DNA from: Phaeobacter sp. QD34_24 | Lineage (GTDB): Bacteria > Pseudomonadota > Alphaproteobacteria > Rhodobacterales > Rhodobacteraceae | Length of the DNA: 64,000 nucleotides | Assembly: GCF_028890115.1 (NCBI RefSeq) | Contig: NZ_JARCJD010000005.1 | Location: 145,880 to 209,879, forward strand | Direction: 5' to 3' | In this document: one piece after another, positions 18,844 to 28,393 of the stretch | Layout: each line of letters starts with the position of its first letter | How positions within the stretch are numbered: position 1 is the stretch's first letter | Notes under the pieces: model-generated | Told to the model about the DNA's origin: nothing | Databases searched by the model: none | Seen by the model: only the letters and a program-made list of their open reading frames with translations | Translations under genes and position numbers: made by a program

Positions 18844-20289
18844 CTATTCCGGGTCGGTGCTGTAAATCAAACGCTCATCACAAGGCGCCACGCGCAGGAT
18901 ATTGGTGGTGCCGGGCACGTTGAAGGGCACACCGGCGGTGACCACGATCTGATCGGTCTCTGTTGCAAAACCGCCCGCACGGGCCGCACGGGCCGCATTG
19001 ACGACCGCGCCCTTGAAGCGTTCCTGGCCGCCGGTCACCACGCAGTGGCAGCCCCAGCTAAGCGCCAGGCGCCGCGCGGTTCCCTCCAACGGGGTGAGCG
19101 CGATGATCGGCACGCCGGGGCGTTCGCGCGCGGTCAACAGCGCGGTGGTGCCGCTTTGGGTGAAACAGCAGATCGCCTTGATATCGGTCTTCTCGGCAAT
19201 CTCACGCGCGGCCGAAACGATGGCATCGGCAATGGTGCTGCCCTTGGAAGACCGCGACGAGGCGATGATCTGCGCGTAGGTCGGGTCCATCTCCACCTCG
19301 GTGGCGACATTATCCATGGTGCGCACCGCCTCTACCGGATAGTGGCCGGCAGCGGATTCCGCGCTCAGCATGATGGCATCTGTCCCCTCGTAGATCGCGG
19401 TGGCCACGTCCGAGACCTCGGCGCGCGTCGGCATCGGGCTTTCGATCATGCTTTCCAGCATCTGCGTGGCGACGATCACCGGCTTGGCGGCTGCACGGCA
19501 TTTGCGCACCAGCCGCTTCTGGATCGGCGGCACCGCTGAAACGGGCAGCTCCACCCCCAGATCACCCCGCGCCACCATGATCCCATCCGAGGCATCCAGG
19601 ATATCCTCGAATTGCTCCACGGCAGAGGGTTTTTCGATCTTCGACAGAACCGCAGCACGGCCATCGACCAGCCCCTTGGCTTCGAACACGTCCCTGGCCC
19701 GCTGCACAAAGGAGAGAGCAATCCAGTCCACCCCCAGGGTGCAGGCGAATTCCAGATCCTCGCGATCCTTTTCCGACAGCGCCGCCAGCGGCAGGACCAC
19801 ATCTGGCACGTTCACCCCCTTGCGATTGGAGATGGTCCCTCCGGTCACGACGACGCAATCGGCAAAATCGCTGCCGCAGCGTTCCACCCGCAGGCGGATC
19901 TTGCCGTCATTGACCAACAGATGCGCGCCGGGTTCCAACGCCTGGAAAATCTCCGGGTGCGGCAGGCAGACCCGCGCCGCATCGCCATCGGTGGGGTCCA
20001 GATCCAGGCGGAAGGCGGCCCCTTCTGCCAGATCCTCGGCGCCATTTGCAAAGACGCCAACCCGCAGTTTCGGTCCCTGCAGGTCGGCCAGAATGCCGAT
20101 GGAGCTGTCCAGGTCCTTCTCGACCTGACGGATGATCTGGTGCTTCTCCGCGATCTCTGCATGGGTGCCGTGGGACATGTTCAGCCGGAACACATCGGCG
20201 CCGGCCTCATGCAGGGCGCGGATCATGTCATAGGTTTCGGAGGCGGGTCCCAGGGTGGCAACAATCTTCACGCTGCGTGAACGTTTCAT
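18844..20289 (-). CDS. pyk: Pyruvate kinase
   Basis: [57 protein letters not shown]... Start trimmed from the track ORF to the ATG at 20289. Confidence 0.9.
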   Translation of the reverse strand: MKRSRSVKIVATLGPASETYDMIRALHEAGADVFRLNMSHGTHAEIAEKHQIIRQVEKDLDSSIGILADLQGPKLRVGVFANGAEDLAEGAAFRLDLDPTDGDAARVCLPHPEIFQALEPGAHLLVNDGKIRLRVERCGSDFADCVVVTGGTISNRKGVNVPDVVLPLAALSEKDREDLEFACTLGVDWIALSFVQRARDVFEAKGLVDGRAAVLSKIEKPSAVEQFEDILDASDGIMVARGDLGVELPVSAVPPIQKRLVRKCRAAAKPVIVATQMLESMIESPMPTRAEVSDVATAIYEGTDAIMLSAESAAGHYPVEAVRTMDNVATEVEMDPTYAQIIASSRSSKGSTIADAIVSAAREIAEKTDIKAICCFTQSGTTALLTARERPGVPIIALTPLEGTARRLALSWGCHCVVTGGQERFKGAVVNAARAARAGGFATETDQIVVTAGVPFNVPGTTNILRVAPCDERLIYSTDPE

Positions 20290-20421
20290 GGGCTGTGTCC
20301 TTCCGACATCTGGTCTGTGACAGGCGGGTGTTACCGCAAACACTGTTGAGGGTGCTTATGACCCAATTCCTATTTTGCCGCAACTGCCCTAAAGGTATCG
20401 TCAACAAAAGATGACGGACTT

Positions 20422-21159
20422 ATGACATACACTCCCTTCTTCGTGCATGGGGCCGATCGCCCGGCCCGCTGGCTGATCACCTGCGATCATGCGACCAATC
20501 ACATCCCCCCCTTCGTGAACGGCGGCGACCTTGGTCTGCCGCATGAGGATATGGAGCGTCACATCGCCTACGACGTGGGCGCCTATGCTGTCGCGCGCCA
20601 CCTGGGCGAGATGCTGAATGCGCCGGTGGTGGCCTCCAATTTCTCGCGCCTGGTGATCGATCCCAACCGCGGCGAGGATGACCCGACCCTGTTGATGAAG
20701 CTATACGATGGCACCATCATCCCGGCCAACCGCCATGCCGATGCGGCCGAACGCGAGGCACGGCTTGACGCCTGCCACCGCCCCTATCACAGGCAGGTGG
20801 CCGGGCTGGCGGCGCGGCCGGGCACCGTGATCCTATCCATGCACTCCTTCACCCGGCAGCTGCGCGGGCGTCCGCCGCGCCCCTGGGAGATCGGCATTCT
20901 CTATCCTGAAGGAGAACGGTTCTCTCCGGCGCTGATCGAGACACTTCAGGCCGAGGGTGACCTTTGTGTCGGGATCAACGAACCCTACACCGGCTACCTG
21001 CCCGGCGATGCGATCGACACCCATGGCACTGCCCATGGCCGCCCCAACACGCTGATCGAGCTGCGCAACGACCTGATTGCCGATGCCGCCGGGCAGCGGC
21101 AGTGGGCAGAGCGGCTGGCGCAGGTGCTACCTCGAGCCCTGGCTGCCTCCGGGCTCTAG
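20422..21159 (+). CDS. N-formylglutamate amidohydrolase-family protein
   Basis: 245 aa. The FGase-family layout (LITCDHATNHIP ... SMHSFTRQL ... EIGILYPEGE) matches predicted N-formylglutamate deformylases of alphaproteobacteria. Confidence 0.6.
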   Translation: MTYTPFFVHGADRPARWLITCDHATNHIPPFVNGGDLGLPHEDMERHIAYDVGAYAVARHLGEMLNAPVVASNFSRLVIDPNRGEDDPTLLMKLYDGTIIPANRHADAAEREARLDACHRPYHRQVAGLAARPGTVILSMHSFTRQLRGRPPRPWEIGILYPEGERFSPALIETLQAEGDLCVGINEPYTGYLPGDAIDTHGTAHGRPNTLIELRNDLIADAAGQRQWAERLAQVLPRALAASGL

Positions 21160-21223
21160 CCTGCGCTTGCCTCCGGGCGGCCGCACCCACATAGTATCGA
21201 CAGCAAGACACCGGGAGACCCCT

Positions 21224-21538
21224 ATGGACCAGCAGACAGAGATCGAACTTCAGGCCGCCGCATTCCGCCGCCTGCAGAAACACCTGATGGAAGATCGCAC
21301 CGATGTGCAGAACATCGACCTGATGAACATGGCCGGGTTCTGCCGCAACTGTCTCAGCCGCTGGTACCAGGAAGCCGCCAATGAACGCGGCATCGAGATG
21401 GGCAAGACCGAAGCGCGCGAGATCTTCTACGGCATGACCATGGATGAGTGGAAATCCAACTACCAGACCGAGGCCAGCCCGGAAAAGCAGGCCGAGTTCG
21501 AAGTCGCCTTCAAGGAAAACGTCACCGACAAGGCCTGA
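21224..21538 (+). CDS. DUF1244-family small protein
   Basis: 104 aa from MDQQTEIELQAAAFRRLQKHLMEDRTDVQNIDLMNMAGFCRNCLSRWY...; GGGAGA RBS. The track ORF has a 49-codon upstream extension. Confidence 0.5.
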   Translation: MDQQTEIELQAAAFRRLQKHLMEDRTDVQNIDLMNMAGFCRNCLSRWYQEAANERGIEMGKTEAREIFYGMTMDEWKSNYQTEASPEKQAEFEVAFKENVTDKA

Positions 21539-21678
21539 GCGCTATCCCCAAGCCTTCTCTGCACCGCTGGCGACCGATGCGCACAGCGGCGCACAGGATC
21601 TGTTCGCTGCTGGGGATACCTCCGGCGGCGGGCAGTTATTAACATCTGAACCAACAACATGTGGTCAAGGAGGTTCGG

Positions 21679-22476
21679 ATGCGTTCACGGATGCCCAGCT
21701 ATTTCATTTCCCACGGCGGCGGTCCCTGGCCGTGGATTCCCAATATGAGCGCCGCGCTCGCGCCGCTGGCAGAGGCGCTTGCCCGGATGCCCTATGAGAT
21801 CGGTGAGCGGCCAAAGGCCGTCCTGATGATCTCGGGCCATTGGGAGGCGGAGAGCTTTACCGTCATGACATCGCCCCGCCCGCCGATGGTCTATGACTAT
21901 TACAACTTCCCGCCGGAAACCTACGAGATCCAATATCCCGCTCCGGGCGCGCCAGAGCTGGCACAGCGCACCGCGGATCTGATCGCAGCGGCGGGGTTGC
22001 CGGTCTCGATGGACGCTGAACAAGGATACGATCACGGCACCTTCGTTCCGATGGCGGTGATGTACCCAGATGCGGATGTGCCGCTGTTCCAGGTCTCCAT
22101 GCGCCACGGGTACAGCCCGGCTGAGCATTTCGCCCTTGGCCGCGCCCTTGCGCCCTTACGCGAGGAAGGGGTGCTGATCGTGGGCTCCGGCCTCAGCTAT
22201 CACAACCTGCGCGAATTCGGTCCACGCGCGAAAACCCCGTCAGAGGCCTTTGACACCTGGCTGACAGAGGTGATGGCCCTGCCAAGCGCAGAACGGACAG
22301 AAGCGCTGCTCAACTGGGAGAGCGCGCCTTACGCCCGCGCCTGCCACGCGCAGGAAGATCACCTGGTGCCGCTCTTTGCCGCACTCGGCGCCGCCGAAGA
22401 AGAACCGGCAACACGGGTCTATCACCAGACGGACATCTTTGGCGGCGTCACGGCGTCAAGTTTCCGGTTCGGCTGA
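21679..22476 (+). CDS. Extradiol ring-cleavage dioxygenase class III subunit B family (LigB/YgiD, DODA-like)
   Basis: MPSYFISHGGGPWPW..., catalytic His residues (GHWEAES, DHGTFVPM) and a C-terminal HxE region (CHAQEDHLVP). AAGGAGG RBS. Alternative TTG start at 21661. Confidence 0.75.
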   Translation: MRSRMPSYFISHGGGPWPWIPNMSAALAPLAEALARMPYEIGERPKAVLMISGHWEAESFTVMTSPRPPMVYDYYNFPPETYEIQYPAPGAPELAQRTADLIAAAGLPVSMDAEQGYDHGTFVPMAVMYPDADVPLFQVSMRHGYSPAEHFALGRALAPLREEGVLIVGSGLSYHNLREFGPRAKTPSEAFDTWLTEVMALPSAERTEALLNWESAPYARACHAQEDHLVPLFAALGAAEEEPATRVYHQTDIFGGVTASSFRFG

Positions 22477-22554
22477 CGCAGCCCTTGATGGAAGGCCGAG
22501 ATCCCCAACAGCCATGGCCCTGGCAAAGGCTTCACCTCTTCCAGAGCCGGCCGC

Positions 22555-23556
22555 CTACGGTTCCGCGTCCCGGAACACCTGCACAAGCGCATCACCGCGC
22601 CGGGCGGGACCGGGAACGCGCTTGGCAAGGATCAGGCCTGAATAGGGCGTTGTGACCTCCTTGGGGGGCGCCCAAGGCGTATCGGGGCGATGGATGTAAC
22701 CGATCGCTTCTCCCTCCTGGACCGTGTCTCCGATGTCGCGCAGGGGCACATAGATCCCCGCCTCATAGGCATAAACCGACCCCTGCGCATGCAAGGCGCG
22801 GGTGCCCCGCTGCACATCAGGCTCATACCCCGGCAACACCCCAAGACCATGCAGAATCCGCCGCAGCCCGCGTTCCGTCACCTTCAGGATCTCAGGATCC
22901 AGCGCGCCGCCGCCGCCAAGCTCCGCCATGACCGAAACAACCCCCTTGCGGTTGGCCCCGCCCATCGCCGTGCGCGCGGTGGAGTTCGGCCCGCCACCGC
23001 CGGTGAAGACCCAGGCGTAGGGCAGGTCGAAGGCCGCCTCTAGCCGCTTTAGCAGCGCGGCCTCTTCCTGGGTCCAGCCCTGTCCCCGCAGCAGCGTCGG
23101 CGGGTAATAAAGCGATGATCCGCCGGAATGCAGGTCCACCATCACATCGCAGAGCGGCAGCAACTCCTCTTCGATGTAGTGGGCAATCACCTGACTGGGC
23201 GTGCCACTGGGGTCGCCCGGAAACAACCGGTTGAGGTTACCGTCATCGATTGGGGAAGTGCGCAGGCCCGCCTCTGCCGCCGGTGCATTGGCCATGGGCA
23301 GGAAGATCACCCGGCCACGAATCTCCTCCGCCGCCAGGCTGCGCGCCAGGTTCGAGATGGCGATCTGACCCTCATATTCGTCGCCATGGACACCGCCCAT
23401 CAATAGAACGGTTGGCCCCTCCCCGTTACAAAGGCACACCACGGGAACCGGGATCCAGCCATAGGCACTGCGATGCACCGAATGAGGCACCCGTAAAAAG
23501 CCCTGCTGCCGCCCCTCGGCCCCGAAATCCACCTCCGATGTGACGGGGGAGACCAT
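22555..23556 (-). CDS. Succinylglutamate desuccinylase/aspartoacylase-family zinc deacylase
   Basis: 333 aa; zinc-binding block LLMGGVHGDEYEGQ and the AstE/AspA family C-terminal domain. May act as the N-acyl-L-glutamate deacylase of the adjacent cluster. Confidence 0.7.
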   Translation of the reverse strand: MVSPVTSEVDFGAEGRQQGFLRVPHSVHRSAYGWIPVPVVCLCNGEGPTVLLMGGVHGDEYEGQIAISNLARSLAAEEIRGRVIFLPMANAPAAEAGLRTSPIDDGNLNRLFPGDPSGTPSQVIAHYIEEELLPLCDVMVDLHSGGSSLYYPPTLLRGQGWTQEEAALLKRLEAAFDLPYAWVFTGGGGPNSTARTAMGGANRKGVVSVMAELGGGGALDPEILKVTERGLRRILHGLGVLPGYEPDVQRGTRALHAQGSVYAYEAGIYVPLRDIGDTVQEGEAIGYIHRPDTPWAPPKEVTTPYSGLILAKRVPGPARRGDALVQVFRDAEP

Positions 23557-23561
23557 GCCTA

Positions 23562-24422
23562 TCAGATTGCGGCCTTCACGGATTCTTCCAGGTAGATCTC
23601 GCGCAGGCGTTTTGCGATCGGGCCGGGCGTGCCATCGCCCAAGGCAACGCCGTCGATCTCGACAACCGGCATCACAAAAGCAGAGGCAGAAGTGGTGAAG
23701 GCTTCGTCCGCCTCTTTCGCCTCGTCGATGGTGAACAGACGCTCTTCGATCTTCAGCTGTGCCTCTGCCGCCATGCGCAGAACCGCCTTGCGGGTGATGC
23801 CGTGCAGGATGTCATTGGACAGCGGGCGGGTCACGATCACGCCATCCTTGACGAAATAGGCGTTGTTCGAGGTGCCCTCGGTCACATAGCCGTCTTCCAC
23901 CATCCAGGCGTCATCGGCACCGGCCTTCTTGGCCATCATCTTGCCCATCGACGGGTACAGCAGCTGTACCGTCTTGATGTCGCGGCGGCCCCAGCGAATG
24001 TCCTCGATCGAGATGATCTTGGCGCCCTTCTTGGCGGCGGGGCTGTCGGCCAGACCGGGTTTGTTCTGGGTGAACAGCACGATGGTCGGCTTGGTATCCG
24101 CGCTCGGGAAGACGAAATCACGGTCGCCATCGGAACCACGGGTCACCTGCAGGTACACAAGCCCTTCGTCGATACCGTTCAGTTCCACCAGCTTGCGGTG
24201 GATTTCCAGGAGTTCTTCCTTGCTGCAGGGCTCAGCCATGTCGAGTTCGTCCAGCGAGCGTTTCAGACGCACGGCATGGCCTTCGAAATCGATGAGCTTG
24301 CCGCCCAGGACCGAGGTCACCTCATAGACCGCGTCCGCCATAAGGAACCCGCGATCAAAGATAGAAACGGTGGCTTCGGTTTCCGGCAGATAGCTGCCAT
24401 TCACATAAACGGTGCGGGTCAT
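23562..24422 (-). CDS. dat: D-amino-acid aminotransferase (class IV aminotransferase)
   Basis: 286 aa; PLP fold type IV (FDRGFLMADAVYEVTSV..., LVYLQVTRG, ITRKAVL). Confidence 0.8.
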   Translation of the reverse strand: MTRTVYVNGSYLPETEATVSIFDRGFLMADAVYEVTSVLGGKLIDFEGHAVRLKRSLDELDMAEPCSKEELLEIHRKLVELNGIDEGLVYLQVTRGSDGDRDFVFPSADTKPTIVLFTQNKPGLADSPAAKKGAKIISIEDIRWGRRDIKTVQLLYPSMGKMMAKKAGADDAWMVEDGYVTEGTSNNAYFVKDGVIVTRPLSNDILHGITRKAVLRMAAEAQLKIEERLFTIDEAKEADEAFTTSASAFVMPVVEIDGVALGDGTPGPIAKRLREIYLEESVKAAI

Positions 24423-24530
24423 AGTGTGTCTCCTGCTCTGGACGCGACGATATGGGTTGACGGATCAAGACCGCGTCGCGATCACTGTCGCAACTGGCCT
24501 AGCGAGAATTTTCAAAAAGGGGAAGCCACA

Positions 24531-24977
24531 ATGCCCGCAACGCAATCCGCAATGATCATGTTGGTTGCGGGGATCGGAATTCCCGTGCTGGCTGCCTTGA
24601 ATGCCGCCCTGGGTCAGCGCATGGGCTCGCCCGTGGCGGCAGGTGTGATTTTATTCCTCGTGGCCCTCCTCACGACGGGCATCGTGTTCCTGATGGCGGG
24701 CGGCTCCCTGAAAGCAGCGGTCGGCGCCCCACCCCATCTGTTCCTTGCGGGCTGCCTCGTGGCCTTTTACGTGCTGACCATCACCTGGGTCGCCCCAACC
24801 TTTGGCGTTGGCAATGCGGTCTTCTTCGTGCTGATCGGCCAGTTGATCTCGGCTGCCATCATCGACCATTTCGGCCTGTTCGGTGCCGCGCAGCACCCGC
24901 TGACATTGGCCCGCGCCGCTGGCATCGCCGTGATGGGCGCGGGTGTCTTCCTGACCCAGATCGCAGGCCGCGCCTGA
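24531..24977 (+). CDS. DMT-superfamily small transporter (YdcZ/DUF606-like)
   Basis: 148 aa; four TM helices (MPATQSAMIMLVAGIGIPVLAALNAALGQRMGSPVAAGVILFL...). This is only the C-terminal part of the track ORF 23802..24977; the rest of that ORF is antisense to dat. Confidence 0.6.
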   Translation: MPATQSAMIMLVAGIGIPVLAALNAALGQRMGSPVAAGVILFLVALLTTGIVFLMAGGSLKAAVGAPPHLFLAGCLVAFYVLTITWVAPTFGVGNAVFFVLIGQLISAAIIDHFGLFGAAQHPLTLARAAGIAVMGAGVFLTQIAGRA

Positions 24978-24996
24978 GCGCTGCCCCAACCAGGCC

Positions 24997-25962
24997 TCAG
25001 CCCCAAAGCGCCGCGCTTGGCGGATGCACACCGGCAGCGTCATATTCCATTGTTACCTCGCGATCTTCGGACAGAAGCAGCGGCCCATCCAGATCGGTGA
25101 CCATCGCCCCCTGCGCCAAGAGCGCCGCAGGCGCCATCGCCAGCGACGAGCCCATCATGCAGCCGACCATCACCTTGTAGCCTTCGGCCAGCGCCGCCTC
25201 GCGCAATTTCAGCGCCTCGGTCAACCCGCCGGTTTTGTCCAGCTTGATGTTGACCACATCGTATTTGCCCTTGAGTTTCGGCAGGCTGGCACGGTCATGG
25301 CAGCTTTCATCGGCACAGACGGGCACCGGGCGTTCCATGCCGATCAGCGCGTCGTCCTCACCGGCAGGCAGGGGCTGCTCCACCAGCGACACGCCCAGGC
25401 GCACCAGGTGCGGCGCAAGCTCTGCGTAAACCTCGGCGCTCCAGCCCTCGTTGGCGTCGATGATGATCTTGGCATCCGGGGCGCCTGCGCGCACGGCCTC
25501 AAGGCGGGGCATGTCATCGGCGGTGCCCAGCTTGATCTTCAACAGCGGGCGATGAGCGTTCTCAGCAGCCTGCTCCCGCATCACCTCGGGCGTGTCCAGC
25601 GACAGGGTATAGGCGGTGATCTCCGGTCCCGGCTCCGGCAGGCCCGCCAGTTCCCAGACCCGTTTGCCCGCCTGTTTCGCCTCCAGATCCCACATCGCGC
25701 AATCCACCGCATTGCGAGCCGCCCCTGCGGGCAGCAGGGATTGCAGCTCTTGCCGGGTGAAATGCGCAGGCAGGCCGGTGATCTGGGCGGTCACGCTCTC
25801 GTTCGTTTCATCATAGCGCGCATAGGGCACGCATTCGCCCCATCCGGTCACCCCGTCCTGTTCAATCCGAACGGTCAGCACCTTTGCCTCGGTCCGCGAG
25901 CCGCGGGAGATGGTAAAGGCCCGTGCCAGTTTGAATTGATCCGGCGTCACGGTGACTTTCAT
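24997..25962 (-). CDS. dgcA: Enolase-superfamily dipeptide epimerase / N-acyl amino acid racemase (DgcA-like N-acetyl-D-glutamate racemase)
   Basis: 321 aa. MR/MLE family with a catalytic K-x-K (LLKIKLG), Asp ligands (IIDANEGW; VEQPL) and a C-terminal KLDKTGG. Adjacent to the DUF1611 gene, as in the described D-glutamate pathway. Confidence 0.7.
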   Translation of the reverse strand: MKVTVTPDQFKLARAFTISRGSRTEAKVLTVRIEQDGVTGWGECVPYARYDETNESVTAQITGLPAHFTRQELQSLLPAGAARNAVDCAMWDLEAKQAGKRVWELAGLPEPGPEITAYTLSLDTPEVMREQAAENAHRPLLKIKLGTADDMPRLEAVRAGAPDAKIIIDANEGWSAEVYAELAPHLVRLGVSLVEQPLPAGEDDALIGMERPVPVCADESCHDRASLPKLKGKYDVVNIKLDKTGGLTEALKLREAALAEGYKVMVGCMMGSSLAMAPAALLAQGAMVTDLDGPLLLSEDREVTMEYDAAGVHPPSAALWG

Positions 25963-26009
25963 GGGTGATCCTTTCGAGGAATGGATTGGGACTTTGGTTG
26001 AATGGACGT

Positions 26010-26036
26010 AAAAAGGGCGCCTGTTGCCAGACGCCC
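26010..26036 (-). terminator. Candidate terminator downstream of dgcN (minus strand)
   Basis: GGGCG-(cctgttgccaga)-CGCCC preceded on the + strand by an A5 tract, which is a T-run on the minus strand. Confidence 0.45.
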
Positions 26037-26046
26037 CCCTTAGAAA

Positions 26047-27048
26047 TCAGATTGCGGCGAGCGCGTCCACCAGGCGGCCCGCGCCGTGACGGTAGGGGTC
26101 CACGGCAGGCAGACCCATGCGGTCTTCCACTTCTTTCAGATAGGCCACGGCCTCTTCTTCGCCCAGGTGCTGGGTGTTCACCGAAATGCCGACAACCTGG
26201 CACTCCGGGTTGGCCTTGCGCGCCAGCGGCAGCGCGGTGTCACGCAGCTCTTCCAGGGTCGGCAGGCTGTAGCCCGGCAGGCCGCGCATGTGTTCGCGGG
26301 TGGGTTCGTGGCACAGGATCAGCGCATCGGGCTGACCGCCATGCACCAGCGCCATGGTGACACCGGAATAGGAGATGTGGAACAGCGATCCCTGGCCCTC
26401 GATCAGGTCCCAGTGATCTGCGTCGTTGTCCGGGGTCAGGTACTCGATGGAGCCCGCCATGAAATCGGCAATCACCGCATCCAGCGGCACGCCATGGCCG
26501 GTGATCAGGATGCCGGTCTGGCCGGTGGCGCGGAAGGTGGATTTCATGCCGCGCTTCTGCATCTCGGCATCCATCGCCAGCGCGGTGTACATCTTACCGA
26601 CCGAACAATCGGTACCAACGGCCAGGCAACGCTTGCCGGTCCGCTTGACGCCATTGGCGATCGGGTATCCGACGGTGGGCACCCGGACGTCATGCAGGGT
26701 GCCGCCATGGGTCTGGGCCGCAGCAACCAGATCGCCTTCGTCGCGCAACAGGTTGTGCAGGCCAGAGGCAATGTCATAGCCCATCTCAAGCGCCTTGATC
26801 AGCACTTCCTTCCACGCGGGAGAGATGATGCCGCCCCGGTTGGCAACCCCGATCACCAGGGTTTTGGCGCCGGCCGCCTTGGCCTCTTCCAGGGTCATCT
26901 CGGTCAGGCCCAGATCCGCACCGCAGCCCGGCAGGGAGATCTGGCCGACCGCATGATCCGGGCGCCAGTCGCGGATGCCGATGGCAACCTTGGCCGCAAG
27001 CATGTCAGGCGCATCGCCCAGGAACAGCAGATAGGGTGTCTCGATCAT
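26047..27048 (-). CDS. dgcN: DUF1611-family protein (DgcN-like D-glutamate N-acetyltransferase)
   Basis: 333 aa from MIETPYLLFLGDAPDMLAAKVAIGIRDWRPDHAVGQISL...; CoA-binding-like N-domain plus the DUF1611 C-domain. GGAGG RBS. The 69-codon N-terminal extension in the track ORF was trimmed. Confidence 0.7.
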   Translation of the reverse strand: MIETPYLLFLGDAPDMLAAKVAIGIRDWRPDHAVGQISLPGCGADLGLTEMTLEEAKAAGAKTLVIGVANRGGIISPAWKEVLIKALEMGYDIASGLHNLLRDEGDLVAAAQTHGGTLHDVRVPTVGYPIANGVKRTGKRCLAVGTDCSVGKMYTALAMDAEMQKRGMKSTFRATGQTGILITGHGVPLDAVIADFMAGSIEYLTPDNDADHWDLIEGQGSLFHISYSGVTMALVHGGQPDALILCHEPTREHMRGLPGYSLPTLEELRDTALPLARKANPECQVVGISVNTQHLGEEEAVAYLKEVEDRMGLPAVDPYRHGAGRLVDALAAI

Positions 27049-27353
27049 CTCGGGGCCTCCGTGGTTCAGTGATTCATCGCGAATGTTAAGTGCGCCACCC
27101 CGCGAAACGGTCCCGATTTTGCATTTGCACAGCCCCCCTATTCGAAGATTCTTCGACCATATCGATATCTGATCGAAGATTTCCCCGCAGAAGCCCTGTC
27201 GCTTGCGGGGATCTACGTCCAAACAGAAGAAACCCATGCAATCGCAGCAACTCAATGCTGCAATTGCAAACTACGCCTTGCAAGCAGAGACGCAATTTCA
27301 TACCACAATGGCAGTCAAATTCGTAATTTCCTTACCCAGCAAGGAGAGCCACC

Positions 27354-28313
27354 ATGAGCTTTCGCATCCAGCCCGCCGCCCCGGCACGCCCCAACCGCTG
27401 CCAGCTGTTCGGCCCCGGCTCCAACACCAAACTCTTTGCCAAGATGGCCGCCTCGGCTGCGGATGTGATCAACCTTGACCTGGAAGATTCGGTTGCGCCC
27501 ACCGACAAGGACGTGGCCCGCGCCAATGTGATCGAGGCGCTGAACACCGTGGACTGGGGCAAGAAATACATGTCGGTCCGCATCAACGGTCTGGACACGC
27601 CCTATTGGTACCGCGACGTGGTGGACCTGCTGGAGCAGGCAGGCGACCGGCTGGACCAGATCATGATCCCCAAGGTCGGCTGCGCGGCGGATGTCTACGC
27701 CGTGGATGCGCTGGTCACCGCGATTGAACGCGCCAAGGGCCGCACGAAACCGATTTCCTTCGAGGTGATCATCGAATCGGCAGCCGGCATCGCCCATGTG
27801 GAAGAGATCGCAGCCTCCTCTCCCCGTCTGCAGGCGATGAGCCTGGGGGCTGCCGACTTTGCCGCCTCCATGGGCATGCAGACCACCGGCATCGGCGGCA
27901 CGCAGGAAAACTACTACATGCTGCGCGAAGGTGAAAAGCACTGGTCCGACCCCTGGCACTGGGCCCAGGCCGCCATCGTCGCCGCCTGCCGCACCCATGG
28001 CGTTCTGCCGGTGGACGGCCCCTTCGGCGACTTCTCCGATGACGAAGGCTATATCGCGCAGGCAAAACGCTCGGCCACGCTGGGCATGGTTGGCAAATGG
28101 GCCATCCACCCCAAGCAGATCGCCCTGGCCAACAAGGTATTCACCCCTTCGGAAGAAGCTGTTGCCGAGGCCCGCGAGATCCTCGCCGCGATGGAGCAAG
28201 CCAAGGCCAATGGCGAAGGCGCCACGGTTTACAAGGGGCGCCTGGTGGATATCGCCTCAATCAAACAGGCCGAGGTGATCGTCGCCCAGGCCGAGCTGAT
28301 CGCCGCAAGCTGA
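27354..28313 (+). CDS. mcl1: L-malyl-CoA/beta-methylmalyl-CoA lyase (HpcH/HpaI-CitE family)
   Basis: 319 aa: MSFRIQPAAPARPNRCQLFGPGSNTKLFAKMAASAADVINLDLEDSVAP...; near-identical block structure to Rhodobacter Mcl1 of the ethylmalonyl-CoA pathway. AAGGAGAG RBS. Confidence 0.85.
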   Translation: MSFRIQPAAPARPNRCQLFGPGSNTKLFAKMAASAADVINLDLEDSVAPTDKDVARANVIEALNTVDWGKKYMSVRINGLDTPYWYRDVVDLLEQAGDRLDQIMIPKVGCAADVYAVDALVTAIERAKGRTKPISFEVIIESAAGIAHVEEIAASSPRLQAMSLGAADFAASMGMQTTGIGGTQENYYMLREGEKHWSDPWHWAQAAIVAACRTHGVLPVDGPFGDFSDDEGYIAQAKRSATLGMVGKWAIHPKQIALANKVFTPSEEAVAEAREILAAMEQAKANGEGATVYKGRLVDIASIKQAEVIVAQAELIAAS

Positions 28314-28350
28314 CCCTATCGACCGAGGCCGAATTACGATTAAACTGGAA

Positions 28351-28375
28351 GGGGCGCCGATCAGGTGCCCCTTTT
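28351..28375 (+). terminator. Candidate terminator after mcl1
   Basis: GGGGCGCC-gatcag-GGTGCCCC (one G.U pair) followed by TTTT. Confidence 0.5.
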
Positions 28376-28393
28376 GCCGTCCGGAGGTGTCCC

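Noticed and set aside
23802-24977. 391-aa plus-strand ORF
   Set aside because: Its first ~240 codons are antisense to dat. Only the last 148 codons (from the ATG at 24531 with an upstream RBS) form a plausible membrane transporter.
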